From Desulfomicrobium sp. (GTDB taxonomy: Bacteria > Desulfobacterota > Desulfovibrionia > Desulfovibrionales > Desulfomicrobiaceae): a stretch of 64,000 bases of DNA. The DNA lies in the NCBI GenBank assembly GCA_040768745.1, contig JAXGMI010000001.1, forward strand, positions 704,001 to 768,000, read 5' to 3'. Below are positions 20,847 through 30,481 of this stretch, piece after piece (within the stretch, counting starts at the first letter, position 1; each line of letters starts with the position of its first letter). The position numbers were made by a program, and so were the translations under genes. The notes beneath the pieces are model-generated. The model made no database searches. It had not been told where the DNA came from and saw nothing but the letters and a program-made list of their open reading frames with translations.

Positions 20847-21680
20847 TCACCCCCGCCACATCCGGCGCAGCAGGGCTATTTCTTCAGCGTACCCCGGCAG
20901 CTCGTTGGGCGTTTCCAGATAAAACGGCAGGTTTTTGAGCGCCGGGTGGTTGACGATGCGGCCGAAGGTCTCCAGTCCGATGTGGCCGTGACCGATGCGC
21001 GCATGGCGATCCTTGCGGCTGCCCCGGGGATGCAGGCTGTCGTTCAGATGCACGGCCAGTATCCGCTCCAGACCGATGACCGCGTCGAATTCTGCCAGCA
21101 CCCCGTCCAGGTCGCCCACGATGTCGTAGCCCGCATCATGGACGTGACAGGTGTCGAAACAGACGCCGAGGCGTTCCGCCATCCCCACCCTGTCGATGAT
21201 CTCCCGCAGTTCCCTGAACGTCCCCCCGATCTCGCTGCCTTTTCCGGACATGGTTTCAAGCAGCACGGTGGTGCTCATCCCCGGCCACATGACTGCATCC
21301 AGCTGGGTTGCGATGAGGGCGATGCCCGCCCCGACCCCCTGCCCGACGTGGCTGCCGGGATGGAAATTGTACATGTTCCCGGGGAGGTGTTCCATGCGGG
21401 CCAGATCGTCGGCCATGGACTCCAGGGCGAAATTCCTGATCCTGACCTCGGCTGAACAGGGGTTCAGCGTATAGGCCGCGTGCGCCAGGACAGACGTGAT
21501 GCCCTTCTCCCGGGCCAGTTCGAGGAACGCGGCCATGTCCTGGGGGTCGATTCCCTTGGCCGAGCCGCCCCGGGGATTGCGGGTAAAGAACTGGAAGGTG
21601 CTCGCGCCGATCTTCAGGGCGGTTCGACCCATGGCCAGAAAGCCCTTGGAGGAGGAGAGGTGGCAACCGATATTGAGCAT
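20847..21680 (-). CDS. nfo: Endonuclease IV
   Basis: [39 protein letters not shown] and DRH motifs. Confidence 0.95.
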   Translation of the reverse strand: MLNIGCHLSSSKGFLAMGRTALKIGASTFQFFTRNPRGGSAKGIDPQDMAAFLELAREKGITSVLAHAAYTLNPCSAEVRIRNFALESMADDLARMEHLPGNMYNFHPGSHVGQGVGAGIALIATQLDAVMWPGMSTTVLLETMSGKGSEIGGTFRELREIIDRVGMAERLGVCFDTCHVHDAGYDIVGDLDGVLAEFDAVIGLERILAVHLNDSLHPRGSRKDRHARIGHGHIGLETFGRIVNHPALKNLPFYLETPNELPGYAEEIALLRRMWRG

Positions 21681-21933
21681 GGGTGCTCCGAATGATGGAC
21701 GAATGAAACATGCCCGGAATGAACACGCTTGACGTGGCGTTATCCGTTGAAAAGCGACATCCCGGCCGCGACGATGCTGTAATACAGGGAGAAGCGCGGG
21801 AAGCGGAAGAGGCACCCCGCGAAAACGGCCCAAGAACCCAGACCCAGAACGTCCACGTTCCGGCGCCTGGCCCCCCACGCCAACTGGCCATTTCGGACTC
21901 GCCCTCCCCAGGTTCGGCGTGTATCCTCGGACC

Positions 21934-22887
21934 ATGACTCCCAACCCCGGCCTGACCCTCGCTTTCACCGTCTTCCGCCCGGAAACCCTCCCCTTTGCGG
22001 CCAGGGCCATGCGGGGGCACGACCTGATCCTCCTCGAAGAACCTAAGACGCCCGGATTCGAGGACATGTTGCGCGGGGAACTGCCGGTGGAAGAATACCT
22101 GCTGCTCACGGACTTCGAATTCCCGCAGTACGCTGCGGGGCAATGCCGGACCCTGCAGGCGCTGCATGCCCGGGGCGCGGCCGTCCTGCAGGTCCACCCC
22201 TGGATGGATGAACTTGTGGGCATCCACGAGTTCTTCTCTGCCGGCAACGGCCCGGACGATATCCCCAGGAACGGCAAAGCCTGGGCCGTATATGCGCGGG
22301 AACGGGACTGGAGCGCAAAGCTGCTGGCATTCTACAGGGCGGCCGGAAAGAAGGATTTCGATGCCATTCTGGCCGTCGTGAACGACTTCGCACGCGCCGA
22401 CGCCGGAAGGATCATGGACATGGACCAGGTCCGTGCGGCGGCCATCGCCCGCCTCCTGCCCGGTCGGACGTCGGTCTACGTCGAGTGCGGGGCCATCCAC
22501 CACGACATGATCGGCCTGCTCCTCAAGATCCCGGGCCGGGGGAAGGTGCGCACCGTGCACCTCATGGAGGAGGTCTGCCGCGAGCGCCACGGCCGGCGCC
22601 GCCTGATCCCGCCCGGCGACATGCTGACCTTCCGCCATCTCCTCGGCGCGCCGCGCGACCCCGCTCTGGAGAACCTCCTGGCCGCCCGGGCCGTGGTCTA
22701 CAACCGGCTCATGGAAAAGGAGGAGACGTTCGAGTCGGCCTCGCCCTGCCCGCACTTGGACGCCGAGGCCCTGGTCCTGGGCCTCATCGGCGGCTTGGAC
22801 ACTGAGCAATGCCGGAACCTCTTCGAGCGCATCCGACACACGTCCGTGCATGACAGCCTGAAGCTCGTGCTGGGCAAGCGGGACTAG
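21934..22887 (+). CDS. Hypothetical protein (317 aa)
   Basis: Long ORF with host-like codon pattern between nfo and the HIT gene; no motif recognised with confidence. Confidence 0.75.
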   Translation: MTPNPGLTLAFTVFRPETLPFAARAMRGHDLILLEEPKTPGFEDMLRGELPVEEYLLLTDFEFPQYAAGQCRTLQALHARGAAVLQVHPWMDELVGIHEFFSAGNGPDDIPRNGKAWAVYARERDWSAKLLAFYRAAGKKDFDAILAVVNDFARADAGRIMDMDQVRAAAIARLLPGRTSVYVECGAIHHDMIGLLLKIPGRGKVRTVHLMEEVCRERHGRRRLIPPGDMLTFRHLLGAPRDPALENLLAARAVVYNRLMEKEETFESASPCPHLDAEALVLGLIGGLDTEQCRNLFERIRHTSVHDSLKLVLGKRD

Positions 22888-23220
22888 ACAGGGGGGCGTC
22901 CTCCGGGCGCGGCAGGCAGGGAGGACATGACCCGGGTCCGGATCTCCGCCACCTCCCCCTCTCCGTACACGTCCCCCGGCACCACCCGCCCCCAGACCAC
23001 GCCGGGCCAGTAGGGGTCGGTTTTCCAGCGCCCGATGACGTGGAAATGGAACTGCGGAACCAGGTTGCCGATGGCCGCCACGTTGATCTTGTGGCAGCCC
23101 AGTCCGGCTGTGAGCATCCGGCCCAGAGACGAGGACGCCTCCGCGAGCTGGCCCCGCAAGGGTTCGGGCAGGTCGTGCCATTGTATCGGTCTACGGTTTT
23201 TTGGACACGTTTTTGGTTAA

Positions 23221-24111
23221 TCAAGCCGCAACGTTCACGGCCTCTTTCTGGATGGCCCGCACCGCTGCCGGAGTCTTGTAGCCGTGGCGTCCAATGATCC
23301 ATTCCCGGTTGTACGTCTCCTTGAACTCCAAGAGGGCAAGTCGGAGTTCCTCGACCGTATCGAACCGCCGGACCCAGAGCAGGTTTTCCTTGAGCGTGCG
23401 CACGAACCTCTCGGCGATGCCGTTGCCTTGGGGTTCTCTGACGAAAGCAGGCGAACTCCGGATGCCCAGGAAGGAAACCTCCTCTTGAAACACACTGGAA
23501 ACGTACTGGCTACCATTGTCATGTCGCAGGGTCAGGCCCTCTGCCACGGCGGGTCCAAAGGCTCCAAAGCTGTGGCGCACACCTTGGCGAATCGGCTCCA
23601 GGGCTTCAAAGCGCGTCCCGTACTTAGCGGCGTGGATGCCGACACACTCCAGAGAGCAGTGGTCCACGGCCAGGAAGATCGAAGCGTTGCCTTCCTGCAT
23701 GGTCATCGTCGTGGTCATGTCCGTGCCCCACATCTCGTCCACCCGGGCAGTCTTGATCGTCCCGTCATGCGCCTTGGGGCCATGCGGCCTGCCGGGCTTG
23801 CGCACTGCGAGCAGGTTGTTCTCTCTCATGATCCGAAGCGTTCGCAGGGGGGACGTTCTGATGCCCTCAAAACGCAACCTGGCCCACACTTTCCGATAGC
23901 CTTCACCAGTAAAAGGGGAGTTCTGGATGCATGCCACGATGTGCCCGAACAACTCCCCATCACTGTGGAAGCCAATAGGGCCTCGGCGGCTTGGTGTGCC
24001 CTCATTCGCAACCTTGCGTGCATAATGCGTGGACCTGGGGAGATTCCAGACCCGGCAAACCAGCACCAGCCCATACGTCTGACCAGTGGAGGGCGAGGTG
24101 GACCGGCTCAT
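23221..24111 (-). CDS. IS3-family transposase OrfB (rve/DDE domain)
   Basis: GYRKVWARL, WGTDMT, RHDNGSQY and NGIAERFVRTLKE motifs. Confidence 0.9.
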   Translation of the reverse strand: MSRSTSPSTGQTYGLVLVCRVWNLPRSTHYARKVANEGTPSRRGPIGFHSDGELFGHIVACIQNSPFTGEGYRKVWARLRFEGIRTSPLRTLRIMRENNLLAVRKPGRPHGPKAHDGTIKTARVDEMWGTDMTTTMTMQEGNASIFLAVDHCSLECVGIHAAKYGTRFEALEPIRQGVRHSFGAFGPAVAEGLTLRHDNGSQYVSSVFQEEVSFLGIRSSPAFVREPQGNGIAERFVRTLKENLLWVRRFDTVEELRLALLEFKETYNREWIIGRHGYKTPAAVRAIQKEAVNVAA

Positions 24112-24497
24112 TTCCTCGACCTCCGCAACCCCAAAGGGTCTTTTGCCTCCATCATTCGGATCTTCTCGCGGAGCAGTTCTATCTCCATGGTCTGCTCGCC
24201 GATTTTCTCATTGAGGCGCTTGTATTCGGCCTCCTCCGCCGGAGAGCGTTTTTTGAGACTATCCGCGCCACCGGCCAGAAAGGCATCTCTCCATTGTGAG
24301 AGCGTGGCAGCCGTCACGCCGAGTTCCCGACTGAGCGTTTCGATGTCTTCACCACGCAGAAGCCGGAGGACGGCCTCGGTCTTGTGCTGTGCCCAGAATC
24401 GCTTGGGAGTTGCCTTCGTCTCCCCGGTTCCAGTCGGCCTACGGCCTCCCTCCACCGGGGAGACGGCTGAAATATCCTTGTCGCTTTGTTTGCTCAT
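24108..24497 (-). CDS. IS3-family OrfA (HTH)
   Basis: KTEAVLRLLRGEDIETLSRELGVTAATLSQWR HTH plus coiled coil; ATGA overlap with orfB; GAGG RBS. Confidence 0.85.
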   Translation of the reverse strand: MSKQSDKDISAVSPVEGGRRPTGTGETKATPKRFWAQHKTEAVLRLLRGEDIETLSRELGVTAATLSQWRDAFLAGGADSLKKRSPAEEAEYKRLNEKIGEQTMEIELLREKIRMMEAKDPLGLRRSRK

Positions 24498-24850
24498 GAA
24501 TCACCTCATGGGGAGTCTCTCTACTCCCAATTTGGTGTCCAAGAAAACCCTATCCCAGAGGACCATTCTGTCGCAGTCGTTTCGGGGACCAGGATGAACC
24601 AGCGCACCTGGGCGTCCTTGTGCAGCAGGACCCGGAGATCGCGCCACTGGCCCAGAACATGGCAATCGGCGCGCAGGGCGGGGTGGAGGGTGAAGTTGTG
24701 CATGACCCGAGGGTACGGCAGGGAGGGCTGCGCCGCAAGGGGCCGAAGACCCCCCGAAGGTGTCCGGGATGATCCAAAAAACGGCGTCATCCCGGACATG
24801 GGCGTTCTCTGATGGACGCGGGGACGGTCAGCGGCCCGCGATCCAAGATC

Positions 24851-25915
24851 TCAGTCGAAGGCGGCGAACAGGGCCTTGGCCCCAGCGGGGTCCTGGCGGC
24901 ATTCGAGCAGGGCGCTGAGCATGATGGGGGCCACGATGGTGGCATCGGATTCAATGACGAACATCGGCGTGTCCTTGGTCAGTTTGTCCCAGGTGATCTT
25001 CTCGTTGGGAGTGGCCCCTGAATAGGACCCGTAGGACGTGGTGGAATCGGAAATCTGGCAGAAATAGGCCCAGGGCGCGGCTTCGGCCCGCAGGTCGTAC
25101 TTGATGGACGGCACGACGCAGATGGGGAAATCGCCGGCAATGCCGCCGCCGATCTGGAAAAAGCCCACTCCCGCGCCCTGGGCGAGCTCCTGGTAATGGT
25201 CGTAGAAGGCCGCCATGTACTCGATGCCCGACTTGGCGATGGAAGGGCTGCACTCTCCGGTCTTGACGTAGGAGGCAAAAATGTTGCCGAACGTCGAGTC
25301 CTCGTATCCGGGGACGACCAGGGGCAGGTCCTTTTCCGCGGCGGCGAGCAGCCAGCACTCCTGCGGCGACCCGGCATGCTGGTCCGGGCCCAGGGCGCGC
25401 ACGAGCCGGTAGAAGTACTGATGCCAGAAGTGCCGCTCCCCCTTTTCGGTGGCCGACTTCCACATGGGCACGATGACGCGTTCCACGGCCCGGAAGGCCT
25501 CGTCCTCCGGGATGCTGGTGTCCGTCACCCGGCGCATGCCCCTGTTCAGGATGTCCGTGTCGTCCTGCTTGGTGAAATAGCGGTAATCGGGAAAATCCTG
25601 ATAGTGGCCGTGAGCCACAAGGCGGAACAAGGACTCCTCCAGGTTGGCCCCCGTCACGGACAGGCCGTGGATCAGCCCGGCCCTGATGGCTGGGGCGAGG
25701 GTTATGCCGAGCTGGGCCGAGGACATGGCCCCGGCCACGGCCCAGAACATTCTGCCCCCGGCCTCGACGTGCCGCCAGTAGGCCACCAGGGCGTCCCGCA
25801 CGGCCCGAGCGTTGAAATTGTGATAGTTCCGGACGATGAACTCGCACACCGGCAAACCCGTGTGCCCGACCTGCATGGGCCCGGAGGCCCCTTTTGCCAT
25901 TTTCGTTTGACCCAT
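24851..25915 (-). CDS. Deoxyhypusine synthase-family protein
   Basis: AGAMSSA, TGANLEE, IGGGIAGDF, YGSYSGATPNEKITWDK and SDATIV motifs; GGAGG RBS before the ATG at 25915. Confidence 0.88.
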   Translation of the reverse strand: MGQTKMAKGASGPMQVGHTGLPVCEFIVRNYHNFNARAVRDALVAYWRHVEAGGRMFWAVAGAMSSAQLGITLAPAIRAGLIHGLSVTGANLEESLFRLVAHGHYQDFPDYRYFTKQDDTDILNRGMRRVTDTSIPEDEAFRAVERVIVPMWKSATEKGERHFWHQYFYRLVRALGPDQHAGSPQECWLLAAAEKDLPLVVPGYEDSTFGNIFASYVKTGECSPSIAKSGIEYMAAFYDHYQELAQGAGVGFFQIGGGIAGDFPICVVPSIKYDLRAEAAPWAYFCQISDSTTSYGSYSGATPNEKITWDKLTKDTPMFVIESDATIVAPIMLSALLECRQDPAGAKALFAAFD

Positions 25916-26137
25916 CGCGATCCCTCCACCGCTGTTTTGTCCGTGCCGACGGGCAGTCCTTGCCGCCGCCCGGAGTTGTGCGCCGTCAGAAAAACCCCCT
26001 TTCCCTCCTTTTCCCCCCGCGTCAATGCATTTTGCGGAAATCCCGGGGTCCGATCCTGTTCTGCGGTATTGAAATTCGCCCCGCAGGGGTTCATAGTCCG
26101 GCCGCCTGGGGCTTGACTGCAAACAAGGACTTTTCCC

Positions 26138-27910
26138 ATGCAGCTGCTGCACCTCTACATGCGCGTCTTGCGCCAGTTGGGGCCGGAAACCCGGCTGGCG
26201 TCGGTCCTGGTGGCCGCCAATCTGGGGCTGGCCATCGCCCAGTTCGCCGAGCCGGTCCTGTTCGGCCGGATCATCGACGCCCTGAGCCGGGCCCAGGGGT
26301 CGGACACCCCACTGCGCATGGCCGATCTTGCGCCGCTGCTGGCTGCCTGGGTGGGCTTCGGGCTCTTCGTCATCGGCGCAGGGGTGCTGGTGGCCCTGCA
26401 CGCCGACCGCCTGGCCCACCGCCGCAGGTTGGCCATCATGGCCCATTTTTTCGAACATGCCCTGAACCTGCCCCTCAACTTCCACGCCGGCATGCATTCA
26501 GGCCGGCTCTTCAAGGTCATGCTGGAGGGGGCAGGGACCATTTCCGCCCTCCTGCTCAACTTCCTGCGCGAGAACTGCGCGGCCGCCCTCTCCCTGGTGG
26601 TCCTGCTGCCGCTCTCGCTTTTCCTCAACTGGCGGCTGGCAATGCTCCTGCTCTGCCTGGTCGGCGTGTTCACGGTGCTGACCACCGTGGTCCTGCGTTA
26701 CACCGAGACGCTCCAGGGCCAGGTGCAGCAGCATCACAACGTGCTGGCCGAACGCACCACCGACGCCCTGGGCAACGTCCCGGTCATCCAGAGCTTCACG
26801 CGCATCGAGGCCGAAGTGCTGGACCTGCGCAAAACCATCGACCGTCTCCTGGCCGCCCAGATCCCGGTGCTGTCCTGGTGGGCCCTGGCCGCAGTGGCCA
26901 CCCGCGCCGCCGTGACCCTCACGGTCCTGTCCATCCTGCTGGCCGGCACCTGGCTGTACATGCACGGACAGGCCACAGTGGGCGACATCGTCACGTTCAT
27001 GACCCTGGCCGGCATGCTCATCGCCAAACTGCAGACCGTGGTGGGCTTTGTGAACACGATCTTCCTGGAGGCCCCGAAACTGCGTGACTTCTTCGACGTC
27101 CTGGACACCGTGCCCCAGGTCCGCAACCTCCCGGGCTCCGTGGACGCGGGGCGGCTGGAGGGAGTGGTGGAATTCGACGGTGTGGGGTTCTCCTACCCCG
27201 CGGCCCGGGACCAGCTTCCGCGCATGGCCGTGCAAGGCCTCAGTTTCCGGGCCCACAGGGGGGAAACCATCGCCATGGTGGGCGCCACAGGCAGCGGCAA
27301 GTCCACCACCTTGTCTCTCCTGCACCGCGTCTTCGACCCCCAGCAGGGAGCCATCCGCATCGACGGCAAGGACATCCGGGACTACACCCTGACCTCCCTG
27401 CGCAGGAACATCGGGGTGGTCTTCCAGGAACCCATGCTCTTCGCCCGGACCATCGAGGAGAACCTGCGCGTGGGCAACCCCTCGGCCACCAGGGCCCAAC
27501 TTCTGGAAGCCTGCGAACGCGCCCAGGCCATGGACCTGCTCGAGCGTCAGCCCGGGGGGTTGAACGCCCTGGTGGCCGAGCGCGGCCGGTCCCTGTCCGG
27601 CGGAGAACGCCAAAGACTGTCCATCGCCCGAGCCCTGCTCAAGAACCCGCCCATCCTCATCCTGGACGAGGCCACCAGCGCCCTGGACGCGGCCACCGAA
27701 GTCAAGGTCCAGGCCGCTCTGGACGAGGTCATGCGGGACCGCACCACCTTTGTCATCGCCCACCGTCTGGCCACGGTGCGCAACGCCGACCGTATCCTCG
27801 TCTTCGAGGATGGCCGCATCGTGGAGTCAGGCAGTTTTGGGGAACTGATCAGCCTGGGCGGACGATTCGCCACGCTGGCCAGGGCCCAGCTGCTGGCGCC
27901 CGAACCCTGA
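26138..27910 (+). CDS. ndvA: ABC exporter (fused permease/ATPase), NdvA/ChvA-like cyclic beta-glucan exporter
   Basis: [45 protein letters not shown] and LSGGERQR, resembling the ChvA/NdvA family as recalled. Confidence 0.7.
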   Translation: MQLLHLYMRVLRQLGPETRLASVLVAANLGLAIAQFAEPVLFGRIIDALSRAQGSDTPLRMADLAPLLAAWVGFGLFVIGAGVLVALHADRLAHRRRLAIMAHFFEHALNLPLNFHAGMHSGRLFKVMLEGAGTISALLLNFLRENCAAALSLVVLLPLSLFLNWRLAMLLLCLVGVFTVLTTVVLRYTETLQGQVQQHHNVLAERTTDALGNVPVIQSFTRIEAEVLDLRKTIDRLLAAQIPVLSWWALAAVATRAAVTLTVLSILLAGTWLYMHGQATVGDIVTFMTLAGMLIAKLQTVVGFVNTIFLEAPKLRDFFDVLDTVPQVRNLPGSVDAGRLEGVVEFDGVGFSYPAARDQLPRMAVQGLSFRAHRGETIAMVGATGSGKSTTLSLLHRVFDPQQGAIRIDGKDIRDYTLTSLRRNIGVVFQEPMLFARTIEENLRVGNPSATRAQLLEACERAQAMDLLERQPGGLNALVAERGRSLSGGERQRLSIARALLKNPPILILDEATSALDAATEVKVQAALDEVMRDRTTFVIAHRLATVRNADRILVFEDGRIVESGSFGELISLGGRFATLARAQLLAPEP

Positions 27911-28001
27911 GCCCTTCAGGCCTTTCGCCGACGAGAGGCTGCCGTCTCCCCGTCTGTCCATCTCCACGGGCGTTTCCCTGCCAGCCACCCTCCAGCGTAA
28001 C

Positions 28002-29117
28002 TCAGGACCCGGGGCGGTGCAGCATCTGCTTGACTCCCTGAATCCGCCGAAAGGAGAGGGCGATGCGCTCTGGCGACAGGCGGCCGCTCTGCACGGCCCC
28101 TTCCAGGACACGCACCGCCGCGGGCACGATGTCCGGGTCATATTCCAGGTTGTTGCCGAAAACCAGGATGTCCACCCCAGCCTCCACCGCCCGGACAATG
28201 GCTTCGGCCTGGCCGTACTGCCCGGCGATGGCCCCCATCTGCATGTCATCGGAAACGATGACCCCCTGGAATCCCAACCGTTCCCGCAGGAGCCCTGTCA
28301 GCACGGCCGGGGAGAGCGTGGCGGGATGCGTCGCGTCGAGGTGGACTGTGAAGAGATGCCCGGTCATGATCAGGGGACTGGCCTGCAGTGGAATGAGGAC
28401 TTCGTATGGCCGGAGCTCCACTCGGCTCCAGGTCCGGGTGATGTCGGTCAGGCCCAGATGGGAATCCGCCGTGGCGCTGCCGTGCCCGGGAAAATGTTTC
28501 AGACAGGGCAGCACCCCCCTGGACAGCAGGCCTTGACAGAACGCGAGGGCATGGGCCGCGACCAGATCCGGGTCGGCCGAAAAACTGCGCTCCAGGGCGC
28601 CGATGGCCGGGCTGGCCGGATTCACGTCCACATCGGCCACCGGGGCGAAATCGAGATTGATGCCCAGGCCGGCCAGCAGGTCCCCTGTCCGCTCTCCCTG
28701 GGCCCGCGTCGCTGCGGGCGACCCGAACCCCAGGACCCTGGCCGAGGGAGAAGGGGGAAACCCCTGTTCCTCCTTCAGGCGGCAGACCCGCCCCCCCTCC
28801 TGATCCACGGCGATGAACAGGGGCACGCTGGCGGTCGCCTGCAGCTTGGCGGTCAGGGCGCGGACCTGCGCAGGGCTTTGGATGTTGCGGCCCGGAGAAC
28901 CCAGCCGCACGTCCCTGTCAAAGAGAATCACGCCCCCGAGGTGATGCTCCCGGACGTCCCGCAGAACCGGGGCGTCCTCTTCCAGGACCGCGCCCCGGAA
29001 CCCGATCAGGAGCATCTGTCCGAGCATGGCCCGAAGGCCTGGCCCCTGGTCCATGGCACAGAGCAACGGCGGCCGGAGGACGCAGAACATCAGGGCCGCC
29101 AGGATCCGGACCATCAT
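28002..29117 (-). CDS. Secreted GH3 beta-N-acetylhexosaminidase (NagZ-like)
   Basis: Signal-like N-terminus, AVDQEGGRV, APVADV, KHFPGHG...DSH and SDDMQM motifs. Confidence 0.88.
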   Translation of the reverse strand: MMVRILAALMFCVLRPPLLCAMDQGPGLRAMLGQMLLIGFRGAVLEEDAPVLRDVREHHLGGVILFDRDVRLGSPGRNIQSPAQVRALTAKLQATASVPLFIAVDQEGGRVCRLKEEQGFPPSPSARVLGFGSPAATRAQGERTGDLLAGLGINLDFAPVADVDVNPASPAIGALERSFSADPDLVAAHALAFCQGLLSRGVLPCLKHFPGHGSATADSHLGLTDITRTWSRVELRPYEVLIPLQASPLIMTGHLFTVHLDATHPATLSPAVLTGLLRERLGFQGVIVSDDMQMGAIAGQYGQAEAIVRAVEAGVDILVFGNNLEYDPDIVPAAVRVLEGAVQSGRLSPERIALSFRRIQGVKQMLHRPGS

Positions 29118-30481
29118 CCCGGCCCTCCTCCGACCCCGTACTTCAGGAGCTTGGCGTGCATGGTCTTCCTGGTGATGCCCAGTCTGCGGGCCGCCTCGCT
29201 CTTGTTCCCGTCCGCTTCCTCCAGGGCCTCCAGGATGGCCAGACGCTCCAGCTCCTCCAGGGTCATCCCGGACAGTCGCGATTCCGCTCCGGCCCCGTCC
29301 TTGAGGCCGGTCAGGGCCGGGGGCAGTTCGCGCTCGCTGACGTATTCGCCGATCAGCAGGACCACGGCCCGTTCCACCGCGTTTTCCAACTCCCGCACAT
29401 TGCCCGGCCAGGGATGCTTCAACAGCCGATCCATGGCTTCGGGCGTGAACCCCTTGATGCGCTTGCCGTTCCTGGCCGCGAATTTCGCTAGGAAATGACC
29501 GGCCAACAGGGGGATATCCTCCTGCCGCTCGCGCAGAGGGGGCAGGGCCAGGGTCACCACGTTCAGGCGGTAGTAGAGATCCTGGCGGAAGGCCTTCCGT
29601 TCCACTTCCTGCAGCAGGTCCCGGTTGGTGGCTGCCAGGATGCGCACGTCAACCTTCACGGTCCGGTCTCCGCCCACGGGCTGGATCTCGCGCTCCTGGA
29701 TGACCCGCAGGAGCTTGACCTGCATGGCCATGGACATCTCCCCGATCTCGTCCAGGAAGATAGTCCCCTTGTCCGCGGCCAGGATCCGGCCCTCGCGCCG
29801 GCGTTCCGCCCCGGTGAAGGCCCCTTTCTCGTGACCGAAGAGCTCGGACTCCAGCAGTGTTTCGGTCAGGGCCGCGCAGTTCACAGCCACATACGGTCCC
29901 TTGCTCCGCTGGCTGTTGGCGTGGATGGCCCAGGCGATGAGTTCCTTGCCCGTGCCCGACTCCCCCGTGACCAGCACCGTGGCCTCGGACGGGGCGATGG
30001 TGGACAGCATGTCCATCAACCGGCGCATGGGCGGACTCTGGCCGATGATCCCCCCCGCATCGAAAGACGAGGCCAGAGTCTCCCGCAGAACCCTGTTCTC
30101 GTCGCGCAGGGAGGCATGATCCAGGGCCCGGTCCAGGGTCAGGCGCAGGTCGTCGAAATCCAGGGGCTTGGTCAGGTAGTCGTAGGCCCCGGCCTTGATG
30201 GCCTCCACCGCCGTCTCCACGTTGGAATACGCGGTCATGACCAGCACGGGGATGGCCGGATTGTAGGCCTTGATCTCCCTCAACGCCTCGATGCCCGAGA
30301 TTCCGGCCATGCGCACATCCATGAGAATGAGGTCGAAAGGCCGCTCCCTGCACAAGGCCACGGCGCTCTCTCCGTCCCCCACCCCTTCCAGGCGATACCC
30401 CCAGTCCCCCAGCAGGGTCATGAGCATGCGGCGGTGTCCGAGGTCGTCATCCACCACAAGAATGGTGATTTTAGGTTTCAT
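29114..30481 (-). CDS. zraR: Sigma54-dependent response regulator (ZraR/HydG-like)
   Basis: Receiver domain, GESGTGKE, ESELFGHEKGAFTGA, WPGNVRELEN and Fis HTH; context with a kinase and a ZraP-like gene. Confidence 0.85.
   Translation of the reverse strand: MKPKITILVVDDDLGHRRMLMTLLGDWGYRLEGVGDGESAVALCRERPFDLILMDVRMAGISGIEALREIKAYNPAIPVLVMTAYSNVETAVEAIKAGAYDYLTKPLDFDDLRLTLDRALDHASLRDENRVLRETLASSFDAGGIIGQSPPMRRLMDMLSTIAPSEATVLVTGESGTGKELIAWAIHANSQRSKGPYVAVNCAALTETLLESELFGHEKGAFTGAERRREGRILAADKGTIFLDEIGEMSMAMQVKLLRVIQEREIQPVGGDRTVKVDVRILAATNRDLLQEVERKAFRQDLYYRLNVVTLALPPLRERQEDIPLLAGHFLAKFAARNGKRIKGFTPEAMDRLLKHPWPGNVRELENAVERAVVLLIGEYVSERELPPALTGLKDGAGAESRLSGMTLEELERLAILEALEEADGNKSEAARRLGITRKTMHAKLLKYGVGGGPG

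Larger units (their letters stand above)
23182..24562 (-). mobile_element. IS3-family insertion sequence (~1.38 kb)
   Basis: Imperfect IRs tgtatcggtctacggttttttggacac / gtgtccaagaaaaccctatcccagagga, CCAT duplication at 23178-23181 and 24563-24566, orfA plus orfB. Confidence 0.9.
22884..24703 (-). pseudogene. HIT-family protein split by an IS3-family element
   Basis: The 5' part MHNFTLHPALRADC...WFILVPETTATEW (24703-24563) joins in frame to HDLPEPL...KINVAAIGNLVPQFHFHVIGR (23177-22884) once the IS and one repeat copy are removed. Confidence 0.88.

Noticed and set aside
25920..26000. Guanidine-I (ykkC) riboswitch before the DHS-like gene
   Set aside because: Only a loose GGACAAAA...GGAGG resemblance; the conserved 5' core is absent.
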